NCBI GenBank assembly: GCA_964488255.1
Contig: CAZAUR010000015.1
Span: 6,598 to 70,597, forward strand
Length of the DNA stretch: 64,000 nucleotides
Direction of reading: 5' to 3'
Source of the DNA: an uncultured Spirochaetaceae bacterium
GTDB taxonomy: Bacteria > Myxococcota_A > UBA9160 > UBA4427
This document shows, piece after piece, positions 36,438-46,206 of this stretch (its first letter is position 1; each line of letters begins with the position of its first letter). A program made the position numbers and the translations under genes. The notes beneath the pieces were generated by a model. The model was given only the letters and a program-made list of their open reading frames with translations, had not been told where the DNA came from and did no database searches.

Positions 36438-37805
36438 ATGTCGGAAGACGCTCTCGCCAAGCCGCGGCCGCGCGCCTGGTTCGAGTCGCTCGCCAAGCCC
36501 GACGAGCGCTACGACCTCGACGAGGTCGTCTACACCGACTCGGATGGGGGTCTGCTGCAGGTCGTCCACGACATGGACGAGCTGAAGAAGACGTCCGGTC
36601 CCGAGTGGAAGGAGCGCTTCGAGCGCCGCTGCCACAAGAACGAGTGGCCTTACGGGTCCGGCGTGTGGGGCAAGAAGGAGTGGGTGCTCCCGGACATCGA
36701 GAACGAGAACGTCGTGTCGATGTACGAGGGTCATACGAACCTGTTCTGGGCCGAGCGCTACGGGCGCGAGGTCGGGCTCGAGGACCTCTGGCTCAAGCTC
36801 TGCGGCAACTCGCACACGGGATCCTTCAAGGATCTCGGGATGACGGTGCTCGTCTCACAGGTGAAGCAGATGATCGCGAACGGCGCGTCGATCCCGGCGG
36901 TCGCCTGCGCGTCGACCGGCGACACATCGGCCGCGCTCTCCGCCTACGCAGCAGCGGCTGGGATCCCCGCGATCGTGTTCCTCCCGCGCGGCAAGATCTC
37001 GATGGCCCAGCTGATCCAGCCCGTCGCGAACGGCGCGATCGTGTTCGCCCTCGATACCGACTTCGACGGCTGCATGGAGATCGTGAAGGAGGTCTCCGCG
37101 AACGACCGGGTCTATCTCGCGAACTCGATGAACAGCCTCCGGGTCGAGGGGCAGAAGACGGTCGGGCTCGAGATCGTCCAGCAGCTCGATTGGCAGGTGC
37201 CGGACTGGATCGTGATCCCGGGCGGCAACCTCGGGAACGTCTCGGCCCTCGCGAAGGGCCTCGACATGCTCTTCGAGCTCGGGTTGATCACGAAGCGGCC
37301 GCGGATCTGCGTCGGGCAGGCGGAGGCCGCCAACCCGCTCTACCTCGCCTATCAGCGCGACTTCGAGGTCTTCGAGCCGATCGCGGCGCGCAAGACCGTC
37401 GCGTCGGCGATCCAGATCGGGAATCCCGTTTCGTACGCGAAGGCGGTCGATGCCCTGCAGCGCTACGACGGCGTGGTCGAGCAGGCGACGGAGTCGGAGA
37501 TCCTGGAGGAGTGCGCGCGGGCGGACCGGACGGGGCTCTTCAACTGCCCGCACACGGGCGTGGCGCTCGTCGCGCTCCGCAAGCTCCAGGCGCGCGGGCT
37601 CGTGAAGGCGAGCGACCAGGTCGTCGTCGTCTCGACGGCCCATGGTCTCAAGTTCGTGGACTCGAAGCTCGCGTATCACTCGATGGAGCTCGAAGGGATC
37701 GTCTCCGAGCACCCGAACCCGCCGATCGAGCTCACCGCCGACTACGGGACCGTGCGCGACCAGATGCTGCGCGAGATCGACCAGCGGTTCTCCGGCAACG
37801 GCTGA
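36438..37805 (+). CDS. thrC: Threonine synthase
   Basis: Contains [14 protein letters not shown] (PLP lysine) and [12 protein letters not shown]; 2 nt after the hom stop. Confidence 0.93.
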   Translation: MSEDALAKPRPRAWFESLAKPDERYDLDEVVYTDSDGGLLQVVHDMDELKKTSGPEWKERFERRCHKNEWPYGSGVWGKKEWVLPDIENENVVSMYEGHTNLFWAERYGREVGLEDLWLKLCGNSHTGSFKDLGMTVLVSQVKQMIANGASIPAVACASTGDTSAALSAYAAAAGIPAIVFLPRGKISMAQLIQPVANGAIVFALDTDFDGCMEIVKEVSANDRVYLANSMNSLRVEGQKTVGLEIVQQLDWQVPDWIVIPGGNLGNVSALAKGLDMLFELGLITKRPRICVGQAEAANPLYLAYQRDFEVFEPIAARKTVASAIQIGNPVSYAKAVDALQRYDGVVEQATESEILEECARADRTGLFNCPHTGVALVALRKLQARGLVKASDQVVVVSTAHGLKFVDSKLAYHSMELEGIVSEHPNPPIELTADYGTVRDQMLREIDQRFSGNG

Positions 37806-37835
37806 TCGCGCGCCCGGAGCGCTAGAATCCCTTCG

Positions 37836-38462
37836 ATGTTCACTGGAATCGTCGAGCATGTGGGCCGGATCGAGGCGGTCGAGTCCCTGGCGGACCTGAT
37901 GCGCTTCAAGATCGACCTCGGGCCGATCGCGGAAGGCGTGGGTCTCGGCGACAGCATCGCGGTGGCGGGCTGCTGCCTGACGGTGACCGCGATCGACGGC
38001 GCCGTCCTCTCCTTCGACGCGATCCAGGAGACCCTCGACAAGACCCGGGTCGGCGGGTTCGCGGCGGGGGAGGGCGTGAACCTCGAACGCGCGATGGGCG
38101 CGGGGGCCCGCTTCGACGGGCACATCGTGCAGGGGCACGTCGACGGAACGGGGCGCGTTCGGCGCTTCGACCGGGCTGGTGCCGGCGGCAACGAGGTCGA
38201 GCTCCACGTCGAGTGCGAGAAGGATCTGGCCGCGCAGCTCGTCGACAAGGGATCCGTGACGATCGACGGGGTGTCCCTCACGGTCGTGAAGGTCGTTCCC
38301 GACGGCTTCCACGTGGCGTTGATCCCGCACACGATCGAGGTGACGACCCTTTCCCTCCTCGCCGAGGGCGACGTGGTCAACGTCGAAGTCGACGTGTTCG
38401 GGAAGTACGTGAAGCAGTACCTCGATCGGGTGCTGCCGGGTATGGTCGCGGCGGCGCAGTAG
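37836..38462 (+). CDS. ribE: Riboflavin synthase alpha chain
   Basis: Begins MFTGIVEHVG and has a duplicated lumazine-binding repeat (SIAVAGCCLTV... / SVTIDGVSLTV...). Confidence 0.94.
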   Translation: MFTGIVEHVGRIEAVESLADLMRFKIDLGPIAEGVGLGDSIAVAGCCLTVTAIDGAVLSFDAIQETLDKTRVGGFAAGEGVNLERAMGAGARFDGHIVQGHVDGTGRVRRFDRAGAGGNEVELHVECEKDLAAQLVDKGSVTIDGVSLTVVKVVPDGFHVALIPHTIEVTTLSLLAEGDVVNVEVDVFGKYVKQYLDRVLPGMVAAAQ

Positions 38463-38471
38463 CGCGCGGTT

Positions 38472-38543
38472 CGACGACACCGACGACACCGACGACACCG
38501 ACGGCTCCGGCGACTCTGACCACACCGACGACTCCGACGAAAA
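38472..38543. repeat. 9-bp-period tandem repeat (3 perfect CGACGACAC units plus 5 degenerate units)
   Basis: Units read directly: CGACGACAC x3 (38472-38498), then CGACGGCTC, CGGCGACTC, TGACCACAC, CGACGACTC, CGACGAAAA. The array ends 10 nt before the TTG start of the protease gene and is in frame with it. Confidence 0.85.
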
Positions 38544-38553
38544 TGGGGAACCC

Positions 38554-41475
38554 TTGACGCGCTCTTCGACGCGCGCCCGCGTGGCGCGCTCCTCCCTTCT
38601 CGTGACCGCCGCGATGACGAGTCTCGCGGCCCTGGTCGCGGTGCTCCAGCCGCCGGAGGCGCACGCCATCACCGAGGCGCGCGCATGGGAGGCGACCCTC
38701 GATCGCGTGGCCAACGCCGTCGTCGTCCTGCGCGTCTCCTCGCCGCGCTCCTTCGACGACGTGACGGCGGGGACCGCGACCGCCACGGGCTTCGTGGTCG
38801 ATGCCGAAGCCGGGCTGATCCTCACCAACCGTCACGTCGTCACCCCGGGACCGGTCGTCGCGGAGGCAGTCTTTCTCAACAACGAGGAAGTCGACATCCA
38901 GGCCGTGTACCGCGACCCGGTCCACGACTTCGGCCTCTTCCGTTACGACCCGGACGCCGTCCGCTTCATCGACACCGGTGAGCTGAGCCTCGCTCCCGAA
39001 CGCGCCCGGGTGGGGACCGAGATCCGCGTCGTGGGCAACGATGCGGGGGAGAAGCTCTCGATCCTCCAGGGCACGATCGCGCGGCTCGACCGCGAGGCGC
39101 CCGAGTATGGCCGCGCGTCCTTCAACGACTTCAATACGTTCTATATCCAGGCGGCCTCGGGGACTTCCGGGGGGTCCTCCGGCTCGCCGGTGATCGACAT
39201 CGACGGACAGGTCGTCGCGCTCAACGCCGGAGGCAAACGTGCCGCCGCCTCGAGCTTCTATCTGCCCCTCGACCGCGTGAAGCGCGCCGTCGACCTGATC
39301 CGCAGAGGCCGCGAGGTGACTCGCGGAACGATCGAGACCGTCTTCGCGCACCGGCCTTTCGACGAGGTCCGTCGACTCGGTCTGCGCCCCGCGACCGAGG
39401 CCCGCTTCCGGTCGGCCTTCGAAGACGGCACGGGGATGATCGTGGTGCGCGAGGTGGTGCCGGGCGGACCGGCCGAGGGCGCGCTCCGGGTGGGCGACGT
39501 GCTGGTCGGGGTGGAAGGACGCCCCGTGAACGCGTTCCTGCCCATCGAAGCCGCCCTCGACGTGCGGGTCGGCGGAACCCTCACCCTCGACATCGAACGG
39601 GGCGGCGAGCCGATGCGCGTCGAGGTGGGCGTGGGCGATCTGCACGCAATCACGCCGGACGCCTACCTCGAGTACGGCGGCGGCGTGCTGAACCCGCTCT
39701 CCTACCACATGGCCCGCAACGCGTCGGTCCCGGTGGCGGGGGTCTACGTGGCGAGCGGCGGCTATGCGCTCGGGGGCGCTGGGATCGGACGCCGGTCGGT
39801 GATCACCGAGGTCGCCGGCGAGGCGACCCCGACCATCGAGCGCTTCGAGGAGGTCGTCGCGGGGCAGCCCCACGATTCGCGTCTCCTCGTGCGGTACTTC
39901 ATGCTCGGCCAGCCGCGATCACCGAAGGTCGCGCTTCTGCGGAACGATCGCCGCTGGTTCTCGATGCGGCGCTGCGTGCGCGACGACACGACCGGCCGCT
40001 GGCCGTGCGCCGACTCGCCGGCGCCGCCGCCGCCGTTCGCTTCACCGGGCGGGGAGACCGAGTACGAGATCGACGCGTCCTTCGCGGTCCGACGCGTGGC
40101 TGCGTCGATGGTGATGGTCTCGACGTCGATCGCCTATCGCCTCGACGGCGTGCACGGCGATCGTTTCCACGGTACGGGCGTGATCGTCGATGCAAAGCAG
40201 GGTCTGGTCGTCGTCGATCGAGAGACCGTTCCGATCGCACTCGCGGACATCCGGCTGACGTTCGGGGGCGCCGTCGAGGTCCCGGGCGAGCTCGTCTACC
40301 TGCATCCGGAGCGGAACCTCGCGGTCGTCCGGTACGACCCGGCCCTGATCGGAGACACGCCCGTTCGCGCGGCGACGCTCCGCGACGCCGATCTCGAAGT
40401 CGGAGACGACGTCTGGCTCGTCGGCCTCACGTCGACCGAGCGGGTCGTGTCGCGCTGGACGCGGATCGCGCGCCGGGAGCCGGTCCAGCTCTCGATCACC
40501 CACCCGCCGCGGTTCCGGGAGGCGAACCTCGAGGTGGCGAGCGTCGAGGACGCCGCGCAGACGGTCGGTGGGGTGCTCGCGGATCGCTTCGGTCGCGTGC
40601 TGTCGATCTGGGCCTCGTTCACGACGGGCGGCGGCAACGGCGGCGACGGCTTCTTCGGAGCGATTCCGGCCTACCACGTGATGCGCATGGTCGAGCCCCT
40701 GTCCGAGGGCGAGCCGATCGCCTGGCATTCTCTTGGCATCGAGCTCCGCCCCCTGACCCTCGCCCGGGCCCGTGACCGGGGTCTCTCCGACGAGCAGGCG
40801 CGGCGAATCGAGCGGCACGATCCGAAGACGCGCCGTGTGCTCTCGGTGGTCCGCCGTGCCCGCGGTCTGCCGGGGGACACGCTCTTCGCGGAGGGCGATC
40901 TCATCCTCGGACTCGACGGGGACCCGGTCTCTCGCGTGCGCGATCTCTACCGCATCACCTACGGCGGTCGCTTCACGGTCGAGGTGCTGCGGGGCGGTGA
41001 GGTCGTGCAGGTGGAGGTCGAGCCGGCGCTGATGTCGGGCGCCGGGACGACCCGAGCGGTGCTCTGGGGCGGGGCCCTGCTCCAGGCCGCGCACCCCGCG
41101 CTCTCGAGTCAGTACGGCATCCCGAGCGGAGGCGTCTACGTCTCCCGTCATTGGTTCGGCTCACCCTCGACCCGCTATGGGCTCGAGGCGACCAGTCGGA
41201 TCGTCCAGGTCGACGGGATGCCCGTCGCGGACCTCGAAGGCTTCCTGGAAGCGGTCGCGGGCAAGCGCGACCGCGAAGCGGTCCGCCTCGAGACTCTGGA
41301 CCTCGACGGGAAGCCGGGGGTGATCACGTTGAAGCTCGACCTCGAATACTGGCCGACCTACGAGCTGCACCGGCGCGACGGGCAGTGGGAGCGGGTCGGC
41401 CTCGTCGTGGAGACCGGGGCGGATCGGCTCGCTGGGGGGCCGGTGGACAGCCCGACGTCGTCGGCAGGACACTGA
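38554..41475 (+). CDS. Secreted Nma111-like serine protease (tandem HtrA/trypsin-like halves with PDZ-like regions)
   Basis: 973 aa with a signal peptide ending ...PPEAHA. The first half has TATGFVVDAEAGLILTNRHVV (His box) and the Ser box AASGTSGGSSGSPVIDIDGQVVALNAGG. The second half (GTGVIVDAKQGLVVVDRETV ... VGGVLADRFGRVLSIW) lacks the GxSGG serine. Confidence 0.8.
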   Translation: MTRSSTRARVARSSLLVTAAMTSLAALVAVLQPPEAHAITEARAWEATLDRVANAVVVLRVSSPRSFDDVTAGTATATGFVVDAEAGLILTNRHVVTPGPVVAEAVFLNNEEVDIQAVYRDPVHDFGLFRYDPDAVRFIDTGELSLAPERARVGTEIRVVGNDAGEKLSILQGTIARLDREAPEYGRASFNDFNTFYIQAASGTSGGSSGSPVIDIDGQVVALNAGGKRAAASSFYLPLDRVKRAVDLIRRGREVTRGTIETVFAHRPFDEVRRLGLRPATEARFRSAFEDGTGMIVVREVVPGGPAEGALRVGDVLVGVEGRPVNAFLPIEAALDVRVGGTLTLDIERGGEPMRVEVGVGDLHAITPDAYLEYGGGVLNPLSYHMARNASVPVAGVYVASGGYALGGAGIGRRSVITEVAGEATPTIERFEEVVAGQPHDSRLLVRYFMLGQPRSPKVALLRNDRRWFSMRRCVRDDTTGRWPCADSPAPPPPFASPGGETEYEIDASFAVRRVAASMVMVSTSIAYRLDGVHGDRFHGTGVIVDAKQGLVVVDRETVPIALADIRLTFGGAVEVPGELVYLHPERNLAVVRYDPALIGDTPVRAATLRDADLEVGDDVWLVGLTSTERVVSRWTRIARREPVQLSITHPPRFREANLEVASVEDAAQTVGGVLADRFGRVLSIWASFTTGGGNGGDGFFGAIPAYHVMRMVEPLSEGEPIAWHSLGIELRPLTLARARDRGLSDEQARRIERHDPKTRRVLSVVRRARGLPGDTLFAEGDLILGLDGDPVSRVRDLYRITYGGRFTVEVLRGGEVVQVEVEPALMSGAGTTRAVLWGGALLQAAHPALSSQYGIPSGGVYVSRHWFGSPSTRYGLEATSRIVQVDGMPVADLEGFLEAVAGKRDREAVRLETLDLDGKPGVITLKLDLEYWPTYELHRRDGQWERVGLVVETGADRLAGGPVDSPTSSAGH

Positions 41476-41501
41476 GCAGGATTCGGAAGGGGGCGCGCGC
41501 A

Positions 41502-42200
41502 ATGGGATTCTTCGATGTCGCGACGGCGAGCGTGACCACGCTGCTGCGGGGCGGGCTCGGAATGTCGACCGGGGCGGTCGGTCCGCGACCCGAGAAGCCG
41601 CTCGTGCTCTACGAATTCGAGGGCTGTCCCTTTTGTCGCAAGGCCCGGGAGGCATTGTCGATCCTCGATCTCGAGGCGGAGATCCGACCCTGCCCGAAAC
41701 GCGGCCACCGCTACCGCGACGCGCTGATCGAACGCGGGGGCAAGGCGCAATTCCCCTACCTGATCGACCCGAACACCGGCCGCGAGATGTACGAATCGGG
41801 TGACATCGTCGACTACCTCTACGCCGAATACGGAGAGGGCAGGGCGCCGGCCCTCCTTCGTGGCGGCCCGGGCGCGACGATCGCCGTCGCGCTCTCGGGG
41901 ATCGGACGCGGTCCGGCGGGTGCCTTCGTGCGGGCATCCAAGGCGCCGGCCGAGCCCCTCGAGCTCTACAGCTTCGAGGCGTCGCCCTTCTGTCGCCTCG
42001 TGCGCGAGCGGCTCTGCGAGCTCGAGCTGCCGTATCGGCTGCACAACGTGGCCCGAGGATCGGCGCGACGCGAGGCGTTCGTGGCGCGCTCGGGGAAGAT
42101 GCAGGTGCCGTATCTCGTCGACCCGAACGCCGGGATCGAGATGTTCGAGAGCGCCGACATCCTGGCGTACCTCGAGGAGACCTACGGGCTCGAGGCCTAG
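41502..42200 (+). CDS. Tandem glutaredoxin-like / GST N-terminal domain protein
   Basis: Internal ATG of track ORF 41151..42200. It has two repeats. The first is LYEFEGCPFCRKAREAL...QFPYLIDPNTGREMYESGDIVDYL. The second is LYSFEASPFCRLVRERL...QVPYLVDPNAGIEMFESADILAYL. Confidence 0.75.
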   Translation: MGFFDVATASVTTLLRGGLGMSTGAVGPRPEKPLVLYEFEGCPFCRKAREALSILDLEAEIRPCPKRGHRYRDALIERGGKAQFPYLIDPNTGREMYESGDIVDYLYAEYGEGRAPALLRGGPGATIAVALSGIGRGPAGAFVRASKAPAEPLELYSFEASPFCRLVRERLCELELPYRLHNVARGSARREAFVARSGKMQVPYLVDPNAGIEMFESADILAYLEETYGLEA

Positions 42201-43552
42201 ATCATCCGGTCGAGCAGGAGCGTCGCGATCCCGAGGAACGAGAAGAATCCGAGCGCATCGACCGCGAAGGTCACGAGGATGCCCGAGCCGAGGGCCGGGT
42301 CCTGGCGCAGGGCCTTCAGTGCGAGCGGGACGGCGGCGCCGAACAGACTCGCCGCGACCATCGTGACGACCATCGCCGAGAAGAGCACGAGGCCCATGTA
42401 GACGTTGCCGTGGAGCCAGTAGGCGATGGCGCCCGAGATCACGCCTGCCGCGCTCCCGATCACGAGGCCGACCGCCATCTCCTTGCCGACCGCCCGCAGC
42501 CCGCTCGAGAACTCGATCTCGCCGAGGGCGATCGCGCGGGTGATGACGGTGAGGGTCTGGATGCCGCCGTTGCCGCCGATCCCGGCGACGACGGGCAGGA
42601 AGATCGCGAGGCCGACCATCTGCTCGAGGGTGGCTTCGAAGAGGCCAACGATCGCGCCGGCGGCGAAGGCCGTGACGAGATTCAGGAGCATCCAGGGCAG
42701 GCGCTTGCGGATCGAGACCCGGGCGGAGGTGAAGACGCGGTCCTCCTCGGAGAGGCCGGCCAGGTTGTAGATGTCCTGGGTGGCTTCCTCGGTGATCACG
42801 TCGATCACGTCGTCGACGGTGATCACGCCGAGCATCGTCCCGTCGACATCGGTCACTGGGATCGCGAGCAGGTCGTAGCGCGCGACGAGCTGCGCGACCT
42901 CCTCCTGATCCGCGTCCGGTCCGGTCGAGAGCATCTCGCGGATCGCCAGCTCGCTGACCGGCGTGTCGGGCTGCGAGGTCACGAGGCGCCGGATCGGAAC
43001 GACGCCGGTCAGGCGCTGGAGCTCATCGACCACGTAGAGATAGAGAATCGTGTCGCTGGCCTCGATGCCCGCGGCGCGCACGGAGTCGATCGCCTCCTGC
43101 GCCGTCATCTTCTCGTCGAGTGCCGAGAAGTTCGTCGTCATCGCGCGACCGGCGCTGCGCGGCGGATAGAGCTCCGCGTGCCGGAGCTCCTCGCGACGCG
43201 TGGCCGGCAGCTGCTTCAACACGCTGGCGCGACGGTCCTCCGGCACCGCCTCGACGAGCTCGAGCATGTCGTCGAGCTCGAGGCGGTCGAGCACCTCGGC
43301 CAGGCGCTGGTCCGAAACGGCGTCGAGGATCTCGGGGAGGAGGTCGTGGGGCAGCTCGATCAGCATCGTCGCGGCGCGGCGATGCTTGAAGAGCAGGTCG
43401 ATGACGATTCGGATCTCGTCCGGGGTCAGGTCCGCCAGGAGCGGGCCGAGGTCCGCGGGGTGGATTCGCTCCAGCAGCTTCTCGGCGCGGAAATGGGCGC
43501 CGGTCTTCAGCAATCGCCGGAGGATGCGGGTCGTGACGACAGGCTGGGCCAT
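42197..43552 (-). CDS. mgtE: Magnesium transporter MgtE
   Basis: An internal ATG with the GGAGGA SD gives MAQPVVTTRILRRLL.... It has the MgtE N-domain, two CBS domains and a C-terminal TM domain with GIGGNGGIQT. The track ORF extends to 43786 with an Arg/Pro-rich implausible N-terminus. Confidence 0.92.
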   Translation of the reverse strand: MAQPVVTTRILRRLLKTGAHFRAEKLLERIHPADLGPLLADLTPDEIRIVIDLLFKHRRAATMLIELPHDLLPEILDAVSDQRLAEVLDRLELDDMLELVEAVPEDRRASVLKQLPATRREELRHAELYPPRSAGRAMTTNFSALDEKMTAQEAIDSVRAAGIEASDTILYLYVVDELQRLTGVVPIRRLVTSQPDTPVSELAIREMLSTGPDADQEEVAQLVARYDLLAIPVTDVDGTMLGVITVDDVIDVITEEATQDIYNLAGLSEEDRVFTSARVSIRKRLPWMLLNLVTAFAAGAIVGLFEATLEQMVGLAIFLPVVAGIGGNGGIQTLTVITRAIALGEIEFSSGLRAVGKEMAVGLVIGSAAGVISGAIAYWLHGNVYMGLVLFSAMVVTMVAASLFGAAVPLALKALRQDPALGSGILVTFAVDALGFFSFLGIATLLLDRMI

Positions 43553-43885
43553 CGCTCTTCCTCCTACTCGTGGGCGTTCTGGTGGGGATGCTCGCGTGCG
43601 GCGGTCGGCCGGGGCTCCGGGGCGCTGGGCGCGCCCATGGGTACCCCAATTCCGGATCGGGATCCAACCGGGCAGGTTCCCGGTCGACGGCCCCGGATTC
43701 TCCCCGGATCGCGCCCTGTCTTCCTCGGTCACCCACGCCGGGCGCCCGCCGGAATTTCGCGTGTCCTTTGACTCTTCGGCTGCCAACGCTCAAGGTTGCC
43801 GGTGAATTGCCGATCTAGGAAGAGGACTGGATGAAACGCTCCATGTGCGAACCGGGAATGACCCGGGCAGGGAGTAGGGGGAAGA

Positions 43886-44779
43886 ATGGCGAGAACGCGG
43901 CTCCGGGGGATCTCGATCGGTGGCATCCAGATCGGGATCGAAGTGCCCGAGATCTTCGAGTGGGAGTGGCCCGAGTCGCCCGTCGCCGAATTCCAGTGTC
44001 TTCCCCGGGATCCCGAGGTGCACGTCGGCCTGCGAGTGGGAGACCCGGGAGGCGGAGACCTCGGCGGCGAACGCTACGGTGTCGGCGCATGGACCTTCGA
44101 AGTCGCGCGCATCGGCGGCGACTGGCTACTCGCGCTCTCGCGGCGCGGCCAACGCGCCCAGCTCGCCCGCTTCGATCGCGAGTTCCGCGTCGGCGAGATC
44201 ATCGTCTCGCCCGACACGGCGATGGCGTGCACCTATCCGCTGCGGAGCCCGCTGGACGAATGGATCGTCCTGCATCGCACCATCGCGCGCGGCGGCCTCG
44301 TGCTGAACGCGAGCGCTTCGCTTCGAGACGGCGCCGCCGTCCTGCGACTCGGCGCGCGCCCGCCCGCCCGCCCGGGGCGCTGGCACGTCCCGCCGCCGTC
44401 GCTCCTCGGCCGCAGCGCGCTCATCGTTCGCGAGGAACGCGATCGACTCCGCCTGTTCCGAACGCCCTGGAGCGAGTCCATCGATCGGCGACTCGCCTTC
44501 GAAAGTCGCGTGAGCGAACTCCAGCGCGTGGAAGAGACCGAGCATCCGTGGACGGACCTGCTCGATCCGTCGGACGCAGCGGACCTGCTCGTCACCCACT
44601 CGATCGTGCCCCTCTGCGACGAGGCGCTACTCGATCGCGTGATGCGCAACGCGCAGCGCATCGCGGGCGAAGCGCGCGTCGTCGAAGTCGGCGAGCGCCC
44701 GGTCGCGCGCGTCGAAGCGCCGACCCGGTGGGGCACCGCGCCGATGCAGAGCGCCGTCGCACCGCCGCGGGTCGGCTGA
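43886..44779 (+). CDS. Hypothetical protein (faint resemblance to HPr-kinase-C-terminal-like proteins, P-loop absent)
   Basis: 297 aa; AGGGGGAAGA lies before the ATG and codon usage is consistent with coding. YPLRSPLDEWIVLHRTIARGGLVLNASASLRDGAAVLRLG resembles the HprK-like core, but a G-x-x-G-x-GKS/T loop is missing. Confidence 0.5.
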   Translation: MARTRLRGISIGGIQIGIEVPEIFEWEWPESPVAEFQCLPRDPEVHVGLRVGDPGGGDLGGERYGVGAWTFEVARIGGDWLLALSRRGQRAQLARFDREFRVGEIIVSPDTAMACTYPLRSPLDEWIVLHRTIARGGLVLNASASLRDGAAVLRLGARPPARPGRWHVPPPSLLGRSALIVREERDRLRLFRTPWSESIDRRLAFESRVSELQRVEETEHPWTDLLDPSDAADLLVTHSIVPLCDEALLDRVMRNAQRIAGEARVVEVGERPVARVEAPTRWGTAPMQSAVAPPRVG

Positions 44780-45158
44780 CGCCGCCGACGCCCGCTGAAC
44801 GCCGCGATCGAGTCGATCACCGCACAGGTGACGCTCCACAGGTTTCGTTCGCATTCGGAACGGACTCGTTCCTCGGGCGCGCCCGCGGTCGGGTCATCCT
44901 CACCCCTGGGCACAAAAAGCCGTGATGGGGGGCCTTCACCTGTTGCGCAACCCATGGATCGACGATTGACTGAGTTCGTCCCCTCGGGAGCGACGAGGGG
45001 CTCGCAGCGAGGTGAGCGCGTTACGATCGAGGGGCCTCGGCCCGCGCGTCGAGCTTTTGCAGAGTCGTCGGCGCCAACGGCGGGGATCGGCCTCGATTCG
45101 GATCGATGCGGCGTGGAATGTGGAAGCGGGTCGTGATGCACGGAGAGGTGGCGGGACG

Positions 45159-45392
45159 ATGAAGCAGCTGATCGAAGACATCGTGAAGGCCCTGGTCGAT
45201 CGCCCCGACGAGGTGCAGATCAAGGAAGTGATCGGCGACCACGCCCACGTGCTCGAGCTCCGCGTCTCGAAGGAAGACCTCGGCAAGGTGATCGGGAAGG
45301 GCGGCGCCCACGCTTCGGCGATCCGCACCCTGATGGCCGCGGCGAGTGGCAAGGAAAAGAAGCGGTACATCCTCGAGATCATCGAGTACTGA
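45159..45392 (+). CDS. KH domain RNA-binding protein (YlqC/UPF0109 family)
   Basis: 77 aa, reading MKQLIEDIVKALVDRPDEVQIKEV...LRVSKEDLGKVIGKGGAHASAIRTLM (GxxG loop). It is an internal ATG of track ORF 45012..45392. Confidence 0.85.
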   Translation: MKQLIEDIVKALVDRPDEVQIKEVIGDHAHVLELRVSKEDLGKVIGKGGAHASAIRTLMAAASGKEKKRYILEIIEY

Positions 45393-45592
45393 GCACCGCT
45401 CTCCTTCCTGCATCCCCAGGCGAACGTTCGCACGACACGCGAACGCATGCGGCGCGCTTCATGCCGCTTGCTTGCCGGCGTCTTGCCGCACACGGCGCGG
45501 ATTTCGGCTTCGGTCCACGGCGCTTCTTTCCGATAGATCGCCTGGGCCCGGCCGTTGCGCCGAGCCCGACTCCCCGTGGAGGATCGCAGGCG

Positions 45593-46105
45593 ATGGGCGG
45601 CGAAGTCGAAGTGCAGGAAGCGACCGAAAGGGCGACGCGCCAGACGTTGGACGCGAAGACGCAGTCCATCTTCGACGGGGCGCTCGGCGCCCTCGACGAG
45701 GGTCGTGTGGCGGACGCGGTGTCGATGCTCCGGGACGCGCACGATCGCGCGCCGGATCACGCGCGCATCCGATCCACGCTCGGCCTGGCGGTCGCGAGGG
45801 AAGGGGCCAACTTCAGCGAAGCCCGCACCCTCTGCGAGGACGCGGCGAAGCAGGAGTTCTTCAACCCCGACCTCTACCTCAACCTGGCGAAGGTCTATCT
45901 CCGATTCGACCGCCGCTCGGAGGCGCTTCGCTATCTCCGCCGCGGACAGATGATCGATCCCGGGCACGAGCCGATCCGCCAGGCGATCGCGTCCCTGGGT
46001 CGGCGCAAGCTGCCGATCGTGCCCTTCCTGCCCCGCCGTCACCCCGTGAACCGCGCCCTGGGCACCGCCCGCAGCAAGGTCATCGGCGCGTTCTCCAGGG
46101 CCTGA
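45593..46105 (+). CDS. TPR-like repeat protein, function unknown
   Basis: An internal ATG preceded by GGAGGA. The helical repeat character includes ...NPDLYLNLAKVYLRFDRRSEALRYLRRGQMIDPGHEP. Confidence 0.55.
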   Translation: MGGEVEVQEATERATRQTLDAKTQSIFDGALGALDEGRVADAVSMLRDAHDRAPDHARIRSTLGLAVAREGANFSEARTLCEDAAKQEFFNPDLYLNLAKVYLRFDRRSEALRYLRRGQMIDPGHEPIRQAIASLGRRKLPIVPFLPRRHPVNRALGTARSKVIGAFSRA

Positions 46106-46134
46106 GCCCCAGAGTTCACGTCTCGGGTCGCTGC

Positions 46135-46163
46135 TTGACAGCCGCCGGGGGACTCCCTAAAAA
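46135..46163 (+). promoter_or_regulatory. Sigma-70-type promoter candidate (TTGACA-N17-TAAAAA)
   Basis: TTGACA at 46135-46140, a 17-nt spacer, then TAAAAA at 46158-46163, about 45 nt upstream of the bS22-like GTG. The match is conspicuous in a G+C-rich context. Confidence 0.45.
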
Positions 46164-46206
46164 GTGCCCCTCTCGGGGCCCGGCCTCGAAGACAGGAGAG
46201 CCAAAC

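Noticed and set aside
38472-38543. Short tandem repeats considered as a CRISPR array
   Set aside because: The units are 9 bp and contiguous, with no spacers. There are no cas genes or 25-40-bp repeats anywhere in the window.
36855-38828. 657-aa minus-strand ORF
   Set aside because: Antisense to thrC and ribE and to the start of the protease gene; compositional artefact.
43553-43885. M-box (Mg2+) riboswitch expected upstream of mgtE
   Set aside because: The 5' leader of mgtE, read on the minus strand, shows none of the conserved M-box blocks I know. A covariance-model scan would be needed to be certain.
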